DNA from: SAR202 cluster bacterium Io17-Chloro-G4 | GTDB taxonomy: Bacteria > Chloroflexota > Dehalococcoidia > Lucifugimonadales > UBA3495 | Reading direction: 5' to 3' | NCBI GenBank assembly: GCA_002816455.1 | Contig: MUCR01000018.1 | Span: 1,855 to 65,854, forward strand | DNA length: 64,000 nucleotides | In this document: positions 16,927 to 25,837 of the stretch, one piece after another | Layout of the letters: every line of letters begins with the position of its first letter | How positions within the stretch are numbered: the stretch's first letter is position 1 | Translations under genes and position numbers: made by a program | Notes under the pieces: generated by a model | What the model saw: the letters and a program-made list of their open reading frames with translations, nothing else | The model's database searches: none | Told to the model about the DNA's origin: nothing

Positions 16927-17049
16927 TTAACGCTGGTGGAAATCCGCGATCGCGCGAAACTTTTTTGAAGTTGACTGCTGATGCCATTCTATAGTTGGCC
17001 TGATGCCCGGTCAATTGAGTACTCTCGGTCAGTCCTTCCGAGTACTAAT

Positions 17050-17098
17050 CGTCATTCCGGCCCTTCCCCTTCCGCCGAAGGGCGAGCAGCGGAAGGAT
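17050..17098 (+). repeat. about 50-nt intergenic repeat CGTCATTCCGGCCCTTCCCCTTCC..AAGGGCGAGCAGCG.AAGG (copy 1)
   Basis: Near-identical copy at 42705..42755. Confidence 0.7.
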
Positions 17099-17226
17099 GC
17101 CGGTTGCGGCTTCCAAATACCTCATCTTTCAATCCAAATTCGCTTTCGGCGCTCAAATAGACACAGGTTGCTCTGGAACCAGCATCAGGCATATGATTCC
17201 CCAAGAATATTCCAGGGAGCGAATGT

Positions 17227-17979
17227 ATGCGGTTGGAGAACAAGGTTGCGTTAATCAGCGGCGGCGCCAGGGGCATGGGTGCGGTTGAGGCCAAGCTGTT
17301 TGCTAAAGAGGGAGCCAAAGTGGTTATCGCCGACGTGCTTGAAGATGAGGGCAAGCAGACCGAGGCTGAGATAATCGAGGCCGGCGGTCAGTGTTTGTCC
17401 GTCAAGTTGGACGTCACCAGCGAAGAAACCTGGGTCCAGGCTGTGTCGGCCACTGTAACCCGCTTTGGGAAACTGGACATTCTGGTGAACAACGCCGGGA
17501 TTTTCCCTTTGGGCAACGTGGAGGAAACCACCGTTGAGATCTGGGACCGGGTGATGGCTATTAACGGAAAAGGGGTGTTCCTGGGCACCAAGGCGGCGAT
17601 CCCCGAGATGAGAAAGGCTGGAGGCGGGTCGATAATCAACCTGTCCTCTGTGGCCGGGCTGATTGGCAGCGCCAGGGCAGCCGCCTACGGCGCAACCAAA
17701 GGGGCGGTGCGCATTTTCACCAAGTCCACGGCAGTCCAGTACGCCAAGGACGGTATCCGGGCCAACTCGATCCATCCGGGGATAATCGACACACCTATGA
17801 CCGCTCCGACCATACTTACCGACGAATCCAGCCGCCAAGCGCAGATGGCCCGAACGCCTCTGGGGCGCCTAGGACAATCGGAGGACGTGGCATACGGCGT
17901 CCTGTTTTTGGCTTCGGACGAATCGTCCTTCATGACCGGCAGCGAGTTGGTCATCGACGGCGGCTTAACCGCCCAGTGA
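17227..17979 (+). CDS. SDR family oxidoreductase (hydroxysteroid/3-oxoacyl reductase-like)
   Basis: Motifs TGGARGMG, NNAG and YGATKGA; 250 aa. Confidence 0.9.
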   Translation: MRLENKVALISGGARGMGAVEAKLFAKEGAKVVIADVLEDEGKQTEAEIIEAGGQCLSVKLDVTSEETWVQAVSATVTRFGKLDILVNNAGIFPLGNVEETTVEIWDRVMAINGKGVFLGTKAAIPEMRKAGGGSIINLSSVAGLIGSARAAAYGATKGAVRIFTKSTAVQYAKDGIRANSIHPGIIDTPMTAPTILTDESSRQAQMARTPLGRLGQSEDVAYGVLFLASDESSFMTGSELVIDGGLTAQ

Positions 17980-17986
17980 TCTTCAC

Positions 17987-18048
17987 CGCAGAGGCGCAGA
18001 GAGCGCAGAGAATTTATTTTTGAACTCAGCGTACGCTGCGCCTCTGCG
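17987..18048. repeat. 13-bp perfect-stem hairpin between the tandem SDR genes (CRCAGAGGCRCAGAG family)
   Basis: CGCAGAGGCGCAG (17987..17999) pairs with CTGCGCCTCTGCG (18036..18048). Confidence 0.6.
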
Positions 18049-18075
18049 ATGAAAAATCATTTAGGAGGGATACCC

Positions 18076-18822
18076 ATGAGACTTGAAAATAAAGTGGCTT
18101 TCATCAGCGGCGGCGGCAGGGGAATGGGCGAGGTGATGGCTAGGCTTTTTGTTCAGGAAGGCGCCAAGGTGGTCATCGGCGACGTGCTGGAGGCTGAAGG
18201 CAAACAGGTGGAGGCGGCAATAAACGAGACTGGAGGCGAGTGCATTTTTGTACCTTTGGACGTGACTGACGAGGCTCAGTGGCAACAGGCCGTGGCGGCT
18301 ACCGTGGCCCGGTTTGACAAGCTGGACATCCTGATTAACAACGCCGGAATCTACCGCACGCGCCGGGTTGAAGACACTCCCTCCGAAGAGTGGGACCAGG
18401 TTTTGGCCATCAACGGCAAAGGGGTGTTCCTAGGCACCAAGGCGGCGATTCCCGAGATGCGCAAGGCCGGAGGAGGCTCGATTATCAATCTATCGTCGGT
18501 CGCCGGGCTGGTGGGCAGCGCCGATTCCGCCGCCTACAATGCGTCAAAGGGCGCAGTGCGGATTTTCACCAAGTCCACCGCAGTCCAGTACGCCCAGGAA
18601 GGCATCCGGGCCAACTCCATACACCCGGGAACTATAGAAACACCAATGACGGCGGACCTATTGGCTGGGGCGGGCCGTCAAGACCGCATGAACCGCACGC
18701 CTCTGGGCCGCTTAGGCCGAGCCGAGGACGTGGCCTACGGGGCTCTTTACTTGGCATCGGACGAGGCGTCCTTCGTAACTGGCAGCGAACTGGTCATCGA
18801 CGGCGGCAGGACAGCGGAGTAA
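18076..18822 (+). CDS. SDR family oxidoreductase, tandem paralogue of 17227..17979
   Basis: AGGAGGG RBS before the ATG at 18076. The sequence is collinear with the upstream SDR over most positions. Confidence 0.9.
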   Translation: MRLENKVAFISGGGRGMGEVMARLFVQEGAKVVIGDVLEAEGKQVEAAINETGGECIFVPLDVTDEAQWQQAVAATVARFDKLDILINNAGIYRTRRVEDTPSEEWDQVLAINGKGVFLGTKAAIPEMRKAGGGSIINLSSVAGLVGSADSAAYNASKGAVRIFTKSTAVQYAQEGIRANSIHPGTIETPMTADLLAGAGRQDRMNRTPLGRLGRAEDVAYGALYLASDEASFVTGSELVIDGGRTAE

Positions 18823-18836
18823 CTATGAGCAAGTAG

Positions 18837-20579
18837 CTACCGCCCCATGGCGTATCCGTCTCGCCTGGGGTCGGCGCCAGCGCTTAGGCCGCCCCGCTCT
18901 TGGTCCACCTGGATGGCGCACAGACAGCCCATCTTGGACGTGAAGTCGTCCCAGATATCAACTTTGTGTCCGCGCCGCTCTAGCTCGGCAACGGTGTGGG
19001 CGGATATTCGGCCTTCCACTCCCACCAAGCCGGGATAGTAGGCGTGGGGCCAGAAGGAGTTGGGGAAGCTCCAAGTGGATACCCTAGGCGCTTCCACGGC
19101 CTGCTGAACGTCCATGCCGAATTCAGCCACGTTCAAGAACAACTGGACCATCGACTGAGGCTGAACGTCGCCGCCCGGCGTGCCGAAGGGCATCCAGGCT
19201 TTGCCGTCCTTAAAGGCCATGGCCGGGTTGGGCGTTAACCTAGGGCGTTTCCCCGGCGCCAACGATGCCGGATGGTCTGCGTCCAACCAAGATTGGGAAC
19301 CTCTCGGTGACATCACAAACCCAAGGCCCTTGGCCACCGGAGCGCCGCCGCCAGAATCACTGGGAGTCGCTGAGAATGCGTTGCCCCATTGGTCGACCAC
19401 GCAGACGTAACTGGTGTCCGCCTCCAACCTGCCGCCCACCGGCTCCGGATGGGCCGCCTTTACGGCATTCACGCTGCCGCTCTGAAATTGATAAGGGTCT
19501 CCGGCATAGGGCATAGCCGGAGATGCCCGGTTAGGGTCTATTGTGTCACGCCTCTGGGCTGCGTAGGCCTTGGAAAGCAGTCCGTCTAAAGGCACGTCCA
19601 CAAAGTCGGGGTCGCCATAATAGGCGTGACGGTCGGCAAAGGCCAGCTTCATGGCTTCCAAGAAAGTGTGGAGGTACTCGGCGCTGTTATGTCCCATGCC
19701 TTTTAGATCAAACTCTTCCAGAATGTGCAGCGCCTGGATGCTCACCGGGCCCTGGCACCAAGTGCCGCAGGTGTATACGTCGATGCCTTTGTAATTCCCC
19801 ACCGCCGGCGCCTCCAGTTTGGCATTAAAGTCCGCCAAGTCCTCCATGGAAAGGAGCCCGCCTTGCTCCTGGTTAAAGCGGACCATCTCCTCCGCGATTT
19901 CACCTTTGTAGAATAAATCCCGGGCCGCTTGAAGAGCGTCTTCCCTTCCCTTGGAGGCGTTCTCACGCTCGACTTGGATAAGCCGTTGGAAGGTCCGAGC
20001 CAAATCAGGTTGTACGAGAACGTCGCCTATGGCAAGCGGATTACCGCCGGGGAAGAACGTGTCCAAGGTGCTGGTCCAACCCTTGGCCGTGGCCTGAGCG
20101 AACAAACCAGCCATTGGACGGTGCAAGCTGGCGGGAATTGGAAAGCCCTTCTCAGCCAGCTCCAAGGCAGGTGTCACTACTTGCTCGAAACTCATGGTAC
20201 CGTACAGCTTCAGCGCCGTGATCCAGGCGTCGGCCGCAGCGGGCGTGACGGTGCGCAGTATCCCTTGCGGCAAGTCGCCCTCGGCGTGCTGCTGAAAATA
20301 ATCTATGCTGGCGGTCTTGGGCCACCGTCCGAGACCGGCGATGGTTGCTGTCTCTTGGCGTTGGGCATCATGGACGATAATCGGCGCAACTCCACCGAAG
20401 CTGGTGTATTGAGGAAGCGTCACGTTGATAACGATGCCAGCGGCCACACCGGCGTCGGTAGCGTTTCCTCCCTGTTCCAAAATACGGTATCCCGCTGCTG
20501 TCGCCAGGTAGTGCCCGGAAGAAACCATGTGGATGGTGCCGGTTATGAGGGGACGATAACTCCTAACGCCGATGGCCAC
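18837..20579 (-). CDS. gamma-glutamyltransferase family protein
   Basis: GTG start with AGAGGTG RBS. Catalytic Thr context DTSYVCVVDQWGN and GGDVQPQ. No obvious signal peptide. Confidence 0.9.
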   Translation of the reverse strand: MAIGVRSYRPLITGTIHMVSSGHYLATAAGYRILEQGGNATDAGVAAGIVINVTLPQYTSFGGVAPIIVHDAQRQETATIAGLGRWPKTASIDYFQQHAEGDLPQGILRTVTPAAADAWITALKLYGTMSFEQVVTPALELAEKGFPIPASLHRPMAGLFAQATAKGWTSTLDTFFPGGNPLAIGDVLVQPDLARTFQRLIQVERENASKGREDALQAARDLFYKGEIAEEMVRFNQEQGGLLSMEDLADFNAKLEAPAVGNYKGIDVYTCGTWCQGPVSIQALHILEEFDLKGMGHNSAEYLHTFLEAMKLAFADRHAYYGDPDFVDVPLDGLLSKAYAAQRRDTIDPNRASPAMPYAGDPYQFQSGSVNAVKAAHPEPVGGRLEADTSYVCVVDQWGNAFSATPSDSGGGAPVAKGLGFVMSPRGSQSWLDADHPASLAPGKRPRLTPNPAMAFKDGKAWMPFGTPGGDVQPQSMVQLFLNVAEFGMDVQQAVEAPRVSTWSFPNSFWPHAYYPGLVGVEGRISAHTVAELERRGHKVDIWDDFTSKMGCLCAIQVDQERGGLSAGADPRRDGYAMGR

Positions 20580-20736
20580 TTCGCACCTCTAACAATAATC
20601 GTCGAATCCGGGTTTCAGCCTTAGATGCACGGAATGATACCGGCGGCCCGTTTGAGTGTCAACGAACGAGGCTGGGCCAAGAAGTCCGGAATCGTAATGA
20701 AATAGACGTACTACTCGTGCTCAGCCCAGATTCCGC

Positions 20737-21945
20737 CTACTGGGTCACTTCGCGCTGCTTGAAGTCATTAACTTGGTCCATGCTATAACCCAAGCCGAGC
20801 AAGACGTCTTGGGTATGCTGGCCGGTGACGGAGCCGACATGGCGCGCTTTCCCCGGTGTGTCCGACATGTGGAATGGGATGCCTATCTGGGAAACTTTCC
20901 CTTGAGGAGCCCCAGGCGCTTCAACCTCCACCACCATGCCCCGGTGGACTGTGTGAGGGTCGTTCAGCGCTTCTTCCATGCTATATACCTTACCCACGGA
21001 GATGTTCTGGTCTTTCAAGTACTCAAACCAATCGTCCCTGGTGCGGGTGACAAAGGTTTCCTCAAGGAACTTGGTGATTTCGTCCCGCTCTGGACCTTCC
21101 GCTTCTTGGCTGTCAACCAGGTCCTCACGGCCTAGAACCTTACAAAGATTTACCCAGAACCAAGGCTCTATAGCTGCGATTGTCAGATATTTGTTGTCCT
21201 TGGTGCGGTAGACGTTGTAATAGGTGGCCCCCCCGTTAAGGCGGCTCATGCCCCGTTTGGGAGACCGTCCCTCGCTATAAAACCCGGATACTACCGCCGC
21301 CAACATATACATCACACCTTCGGTCATGGCAATGTCCAGGTATTGGCCCCTCCCCGTGTTGTGACGCGCCATCAGGGCGGAGAGCACCGCAATAGCTCCG
21401 CATAGGCCGCCTCCGGCATAGTCGGCCAACAGGTTCAGTGGAATGGCTGGCTTTTCTTCCTCCGAATAGCCGATCATGCTCAACACACCGGAAAAGGAAA
21501 TATAGTTGATGTCGTGGCCAGCCATATCGGCATACGGACCGGTTTGGCCGTATCCGGACACCGAGCAATAAACTGCCCTGGGATTAATCTCTTTGACCTT
21601 TTCGTAGCCCGCCCCAAGCCGGTCCATGACCCCTGGTCTAAATCCCTCCACAATCACATCAGCGTCCTTAGCCAGGCTGTAGAAAATCTCCCTGGCTTCC
21701 GGCTCTTTCAAGTTCAGGGCCAGGCTGCGTTTGTTCCGGCGCAAAGCGTCGTAGGTTGCGTGCTTACGCTCATCTTCCGGGGTGGCAATGCCGCTGACGA
21801 CTTTTTCATAAGCGGCGCGCTCTCCGGTCATGGGACGTTCCAGCATCAGGACATCGGCGCCCAAGTCCCCTAAAATCATGGTGCAGAACATGCCCGGGGC
21901 GTTGCGGCAAAAGTCCAGGACCTTGATACCCTCTAGAGCTTGCAT
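20737..21945 (-). CDS. family III (CaiB/BaiF) CoA-transferase, stand-alone
   Basis: AAGGAG RBS before the ATG at 21945. Motifs KVLDFCRNAPGMFCTMILGDLGADV and GYGQTGPYADMAGHDINY, with the catalytic Asp present. Confidence 0.85.
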   Translation of the reverse strand: MQALEGIKVLDFCRNAPGMFCTMILGDLGADVLMLERPMTGERAAYEKVVSGIATPEDERKHATYDALRRNKRSLALNLKEPEAREIFYSLAKDADVIVEGFRPGVMDRLGAGYEKVKEINPRAVYCSVSGYGQTGPYADMAGHDINYISFSGVLSMIGYSEEEKPAIPLNLLADYAGGGLCGAIAVLSALMARHNTGRGQYLDIAMTEGVMYMLAAVVSGFYSEGRSPKRGMSRLNGGATYYNVYRTKDNKYLTIAAIEPWFWVNLCKVLGREDLVDSQEAEGPERDEITKFLEETFVTRTRDDWFEYLKDQNISVGKVYSMEEALNDPHTVHRGMVVEVEAPGAPQGKVSQIGIPFHMSDTPGKARHVGSVTGQHTQDVLLGLGYSMDQVNDFKQREVTQ

Positions 21946-22164
21946 AGGGAGGCTCCTTGGTAATATTTGAATGAAAGAGGCAATGTGAGAGACATTATAG
22001 CGGAGATAATGGCAGAGTTGAGTGTAGCCACCGCATGCTGTTGGCTGCCATGATGCATCGCCCATTGCGAGGGGCTATAATCTCTTTGCCTCGAAGAGAG
22101 CCGGGCAATCGCCGGCATAACTAATCCATCTTTTTGATTAATTTAGCTTGGACAGGAGTGCACC

Positions 22165-22941
22165 ATGGACCTGGGATTGACCGGCAAAGTAGCAATGATT
22201 ACCGGCGGTAGCCACGGACTTGGTAAACAGGCGGCGGATTGTCTGGCCAGGGAAGGTTGTAAAGTGTCGATCTGCGCCCGCGGCCAAGAGCAGCTAGACG
22301 CCACAGCGGCGGAGTTACGGGCTAAAGGTTATCAGGTCCACGCCACCCAAGCCGATGTGACTAATGAAGAAGAATCGGTCCGTTTTCACAACGAGACCAT
22401 TGCCAACTTGGGCCAGCCGGACATTTTGGTCAACAACGTGGGCGGCCGCAGGGGGTCTACGCTCCTCAGCGAGACCACAATGGAGCAGTTCCGGGACGGT
22501 ATGGAGTTTAACCTGTTTAGCGCCGTACGGCTGATGATGCTTGTGCTTCCTCACATGGAGAGCCAGGGCTGGGGCAGGATCATCAACATTGCTTCGATTT
22601 ACGGAAGGGAGCACGGCGGCTCCATAGATTACATGACGGCCAAGGCCGGGATGATCGCTTTCTCGAAGCACTTGGCGCTCCAACTAGCGCCCACCAACAT
22701 ACGGGTTAACAGCATTGCCCCGGGCTCCATCGATTTTCCCGGCAGCAGTTGGGACCGTTTCCAGCAGAACAATACCCCCGAGGTGGTGGCTGAGTTTATT
22801 GGCCGGAACCTGCCTGCCGGGAAGTTCGGTTGGCCGGAGCCCATCGGGGAGATGGTAGCGTTCTTGGCTTCGGACCGGGCCGACCTCATCACCGGCACTT
22901 GCATCAACATAGACGGTGGCCAGTCAAAGTCGCTGTTTTAG
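22165..22941 (+). CDS. SDR family oxidoreductase
   Basis: Motifs TGGSHGLG, NNVG and YMTAKAG. Confidence 0.9.
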   Translation: MDLGLTGKVAMITGGSHGLGKQAADCLAREGCKVSICARGQEQLDATAAELRAKGYQVHATQADVTNEEESVRFHNETIANLGQPDILVNNVGGRRGSTLLSETTMEQFRDGMEFNLFSAVRLMMLVLPHMESQGWGRIINIASIYGREHGGSIDYMTAKAGMIAFSKHLALQLAPTNIRVNSIAPGSIDFPGSSWDRFQQNNTPEVVAEFIGRNLPAGKFGWPEPIGEMVAFLASDRADLITGTCINIDGGQSKSLF

Positions 22942-22951
22942 GAGCTATCAG

Positions 22952-23758
22952 CTACTTGTGGCTCAGCAGGCCGATAAACTCGCGCCATGCGGTGACGCAT
23001 TTTTCCGGCGCCGAGTGTTGCACGTAGCCGGTTGTGCCGGGTATGGCCAACAATTGAGCGTTGGGCATCAATTGGGCCATGCCGTAGGTACGGTCCGGAT
23101 TGTTGGCCACGCTGTCTTCCGCCACCATGATCAAAGCGGGCGTGTTGATTCGGGGCAAAATTCCGGCAAGGTCTTGGTTGGCCAAGTAGGCTAAAGTTTC
23201 CAGCACCACCCGTTGGGAGGTCTGAGACATCTGGTCTATGTACCACTGGTGGTGCTCCGGTTCGGCTTTGGGGTCCACCCTCCGGTCTGCCGTCTTACGC
23301 ACCCAACTTTCAACCCCTTCTTCTTGAACCAGTTTGTAATAATCCCGGTAAGTAGCCACTCCAGCGAACTTGTAAGGAGACGAGCATACCGCCAAGGAAT
23401 GCAGTCGCTCCGGGTGTTCATAAGCAAACTGGAGGGAAATGGTGCCTCCCACCGTTTCGCCAATCAGATGCACCTTGTCCAATTCCAGGTGGTCCAACAG
23501 ATGCAATATATCTGTGGCGAAATTGCTGAGGGACCAATCGTAACCTTCCGGCGGAAGAGAGGACCGGCCGAATCCTCGGGTGTCAAGGCGAATTACCCGG
23601 TACTGACGGGCCAGCAGCGGCACCCAGGCGTACCACAGGCGGGTGTTCTTGGCGTTGCCGTGGTGCAACACTACAGTTTCCGCGTGGCGCCACGGGTCTG
23701 CAAACAGGTCGTCCTCATAAAACATTTCCAGAGTGTCGTCCAGCTTGGCGAAAGGCAT
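22952..23758 (-). CDS. alpha/beta-fold hydrolase (enol-lactonase-like) with Thr at the nucleophile elbow
   Basis: HHGN oxyanion region, elbow HLIGETVGG, and a C-terminal His in GYVQHS. TAGGAG RBS. Confidence 0.85.
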   Translation of the reverse strand: MPFAKLDDTLEMFYEDDLFADPWRHAETVVLHHGNAKNTRLWYAWVPLLARQYRVIRLDTRGFGRSSLPPEGYDWSLSNFATDILHLLDHLELDKVHLIGETVGGTISLQFAYEHPERLHSLAVCSSPYKFAGVATYRDYYKLVQEEGVESWVRKTADRRVDPKAEPEHHQWYIDQMSQTSQRVVLETLAYLANQDLAGILPRINTPALIMVAEDSVANNPDRTYGMAQLMPNAQLLAIPGTTGYVQHSAPEKCVTAWREFIGLLSHK

Positions 23759-23800
23759 TTTAGGCTCCTATAAGCCATCTTATTGGTGATTTAGCAGCGT

Positions 23801-23897
23801 CCTTCGACAAGTCCGATTGTATCGAGACTTCCCGGCTTTGCCGAGGATGCTCGATGAAATCGGCACTCGATCTTCGGTTTGAGCTTATGACGAGCGG
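23801..23897 (+). repeat. mosaic intergenic repeat (M1 + 34-nt insert M3 + M2)
   Basis: Same as 16268..16328 but with GGCTTTGCCGAGGATGCTCGATGAAATCGGCACT inserted. The insert core recurs at 40459..40485. Confidence 0.8.
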
Positions 23898-23916
23898 TCG
23901 GCTTGATACCGCCTGA

Positions 23917-24267
23917 CTATTCGGTCAGAGGAACGAAAATCGACACTCTGGGCTCAGGACTCACAACCTCGGTGGTGTGGCCCCGGCCTGTGAGGTCGTC
24001 GGCGAAAAGCACTTCTCCAACCCCGAATGTATGGGAACTGCCGTCACCGATGGTGATTTTGGACTGGCCCTGCAGGATAATCACGTACTGCCGGGCTGGA
24101 GCGGGGTGCCAGCTTATGAAATGGCCTGGGGGAGAATGCCGGAACTGGATTCCTGAAGCTCCCCGCATAGCAGTTACTTCAGCATTAGCGATGGGCGTGT
24201 AAGGTAAATCCAATTCCTCGAAGTGGGACTCTCCGTCCTCTCCGCTGTAAACCCTGATTACTTTCAT
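23917..24267 (-). CDS. small cupin-domain protein
   Basis: 116 aa. HFEELDL...WHPAPARQYVIILQG...GRGHTT; paralogue of 24599..24949. Confidence 0.8.
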   Translation of the reverse strand: MKVIRVYSGEDGESHFEELDLPYTPIANAEVTAMRGASGIQFRHSPPGHFISWHPAPARQYVIILQGQSKITIGDGSSHTFGVGEVLFADDLTGRGHTTEVVSPEPRVSIFVPLTE

Positions 24268-24374
24268 ACCCGCCCTTTAATGTCTGTCTTGCGGCCGTTC
24301 ACTTAGGTGCTATCCGGAAAGGATTACCGCTTTCCGTGAGATTGTATAACCACACCTAGGTTACCGGGTGAGTC

Positions 24375-24571
24375 TGGTCCTTCAACAAGTCCGAGCAAAA
24401 GATTCGTGTAGAACCAATGACTGTTGGAATCTCCGCCTAACTGGTATTAGTGATAGTGGCCCTTCGACGGGCTCAGGACGAACGGGGCTGCTCATCCGCT
24501 CATGGTGAGCTTGTCGAACCACTGCCATGTTTAACGTGTGTTAGGTAAGTCGCAGGCTCAGGACGAACGGG
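24375..24571 (+). repeat. cluster of mosaic repeat modules between the two cupin genes
   Basis: GTGGCCCTTCGACGGGCTCAGGACGAACGG (24456..24485), CCGCTCATGGTGAGCTTGTCGAACCA (24496..24521), GGCTCAGGACGAACGG (24555..24570). Confidence 0.75.
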
Positions 24572-24598
24572 ATGATGTCGAAAGTAGACGGAGTTGCG

Positions 24599-24949
24599 CT
24601 AACCCACCAATGGAATAGACACAGACACCCTGGCGTCGCCGCCTACGGCTTCTGTGGTGTGGCCTCGGCCAGTGAGATCATCGGCCAAGAGCACATCTCC
24701 GGGGTTAAACAGACGCTTGGTGCCGTCGCCGATTCCGACTTCCATCTGTCCTTGCAGGGTAATAACGTACTGTCGACGGGGCGCCTGGTGCCAATCGGAG
24801 AAGCTGCCGGCAGGCGTCTTCCGAAATTGGACACCGGAAGCTCCGCTCATGGCAGTCACTTGGGCGTCGGCAATGGCTTCATAGGGTAGGTCCAATTCTT
24901 CAAAATGGGTCTCACCGTCATCGCCGGTGTAAATCCTGACCACTTGCAT
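24599..24949 (-). CDS. small cupin-domain protein (paralogue)
   Basis: 116 aa, AGGAGA RBS, collinear with 23917..24267. Confidence 0.8.
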   Translation of the reverse strand: MQVVRIYTGDDGETHFEELDLPYEAIADAQVTAMSGASGVQFRKTPAGSFSDWHQAPRRQYVITLQGQMEVGIGDGTKRLFNPGDVLLADDLTGRGHTTEAVGGDARVSVSIPLVG

Positions 24950-25078
24950 GATTATTCTCCTAATTGATTGATAAGGGCTGGATGGGGCGAGTTGTCTGCC
25001 CTTAATTCATACCCAAGCGGGGTGCCCGGCCAATCATAACAATCGTCCCCAAGAGCGTCAATTAGCCAATTTCGGAGG

Positions 25079-25810
25079 CTAAATGGCGAGCCCGGTCGCG
25101 CAGACGTCATTTATGCAGCAAACTTGGCAATTGGGTGTTTTTTTGACGCAGACCTCTTTTGCGTGATGGTCCAAGAGCGCATGATACTCGTTGAACAGCG
25201 CCGGGTCGCGGGGAAGATTCTGTTGAAATAGCGCCTGACATGCCTGATACGTTACTGCCTTCTTTTGAGGAATTAATTCCATGCGCTGCAGTATTCGGCG
25301 GGTATAGGAGTCGATGACGAAGGAAGGCTTTTCGGCGGCGTAGACCAAAATATCGTCGGCGGTCTCTTCTCCGATACCGTGAATGGAAAGCAGTTCCTCT
25401 CTTAGCTTGGGCAATTCCTGGTCCAACATGGTCGCCAACTCGCCGCCGTAGAGGTCTACCACATGTTGGGCGAAGGCCTTTAGTTTTCGGGCTTTGGCGT
25501 TGAAGTACCCGCAGGAACGGATAATTGCGGCCAAGTCGTTTACAGGACGGGAGTAGATAGCCTGCCAGGACCAGCAATCCGCTTTTTTAAGACTTGCTAT
25601 CCCGCGTTCGACGTTCGTCCACGCTGCGGATTGAGTAAGTATCGCACCTACGACCACGTCAAAGGGCCCATCTCCCGGCCACCAACCTTGCGGACCGTAA
25701 CGGGTGTAGAGCCTGCGGTAAACTTTCTGAAGTAACGGACTTAATCCTTTCGAAGTCGGCGCCCATTGAGCCACTCGTTTGCGGCGAGGTTTACGTTTTT
25801 TTTCAGGCAT
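25079..25810 (-). CDS. endonuclease III-related HhH-GPD DNA glycosylase with Fe-S cluster loop
   Basis: Motifs ILTQSAAWTNVE, LLSIHGIGEETADDILVYA, and a C-terminal C-x6-C-x2-C-x5-C. Confidence 0.8.
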   Translation of the reverse strand: MPEKKRKPRRKRVAQWAPTSKGLSPLLQKVYRRLYTRYGPQGWWPGDGPFDVVVGAILTQSAAWTNVERGIASLKKADCWSWQAIYSRPVNDLAAIIRSCGYFNAKARKLKAFAQHVVDLYGGELATMLDQELPKLREELLSIHGIGEETADDILVYAAEKPSFVIDSYTRRILQRMELIPQKKAVTYQACQALFQQNLPRDPALFNEYHALLDHHAKEVCVKKTPNCQVCCINDVCATGLAI

Positions 25811-25837
25811 ATTTTATGTAAATTATTATCCTATTAT

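Noticed and set aside
17251-20624. Antisense ORFs 17251..17838 (-) and 19929..20624 (+), of 195 and 231 aa
   Set aside because: They overlap the SDR and GGT genes on the opposite strand. The sense genes have canonical family motifs and the antisense products do not.
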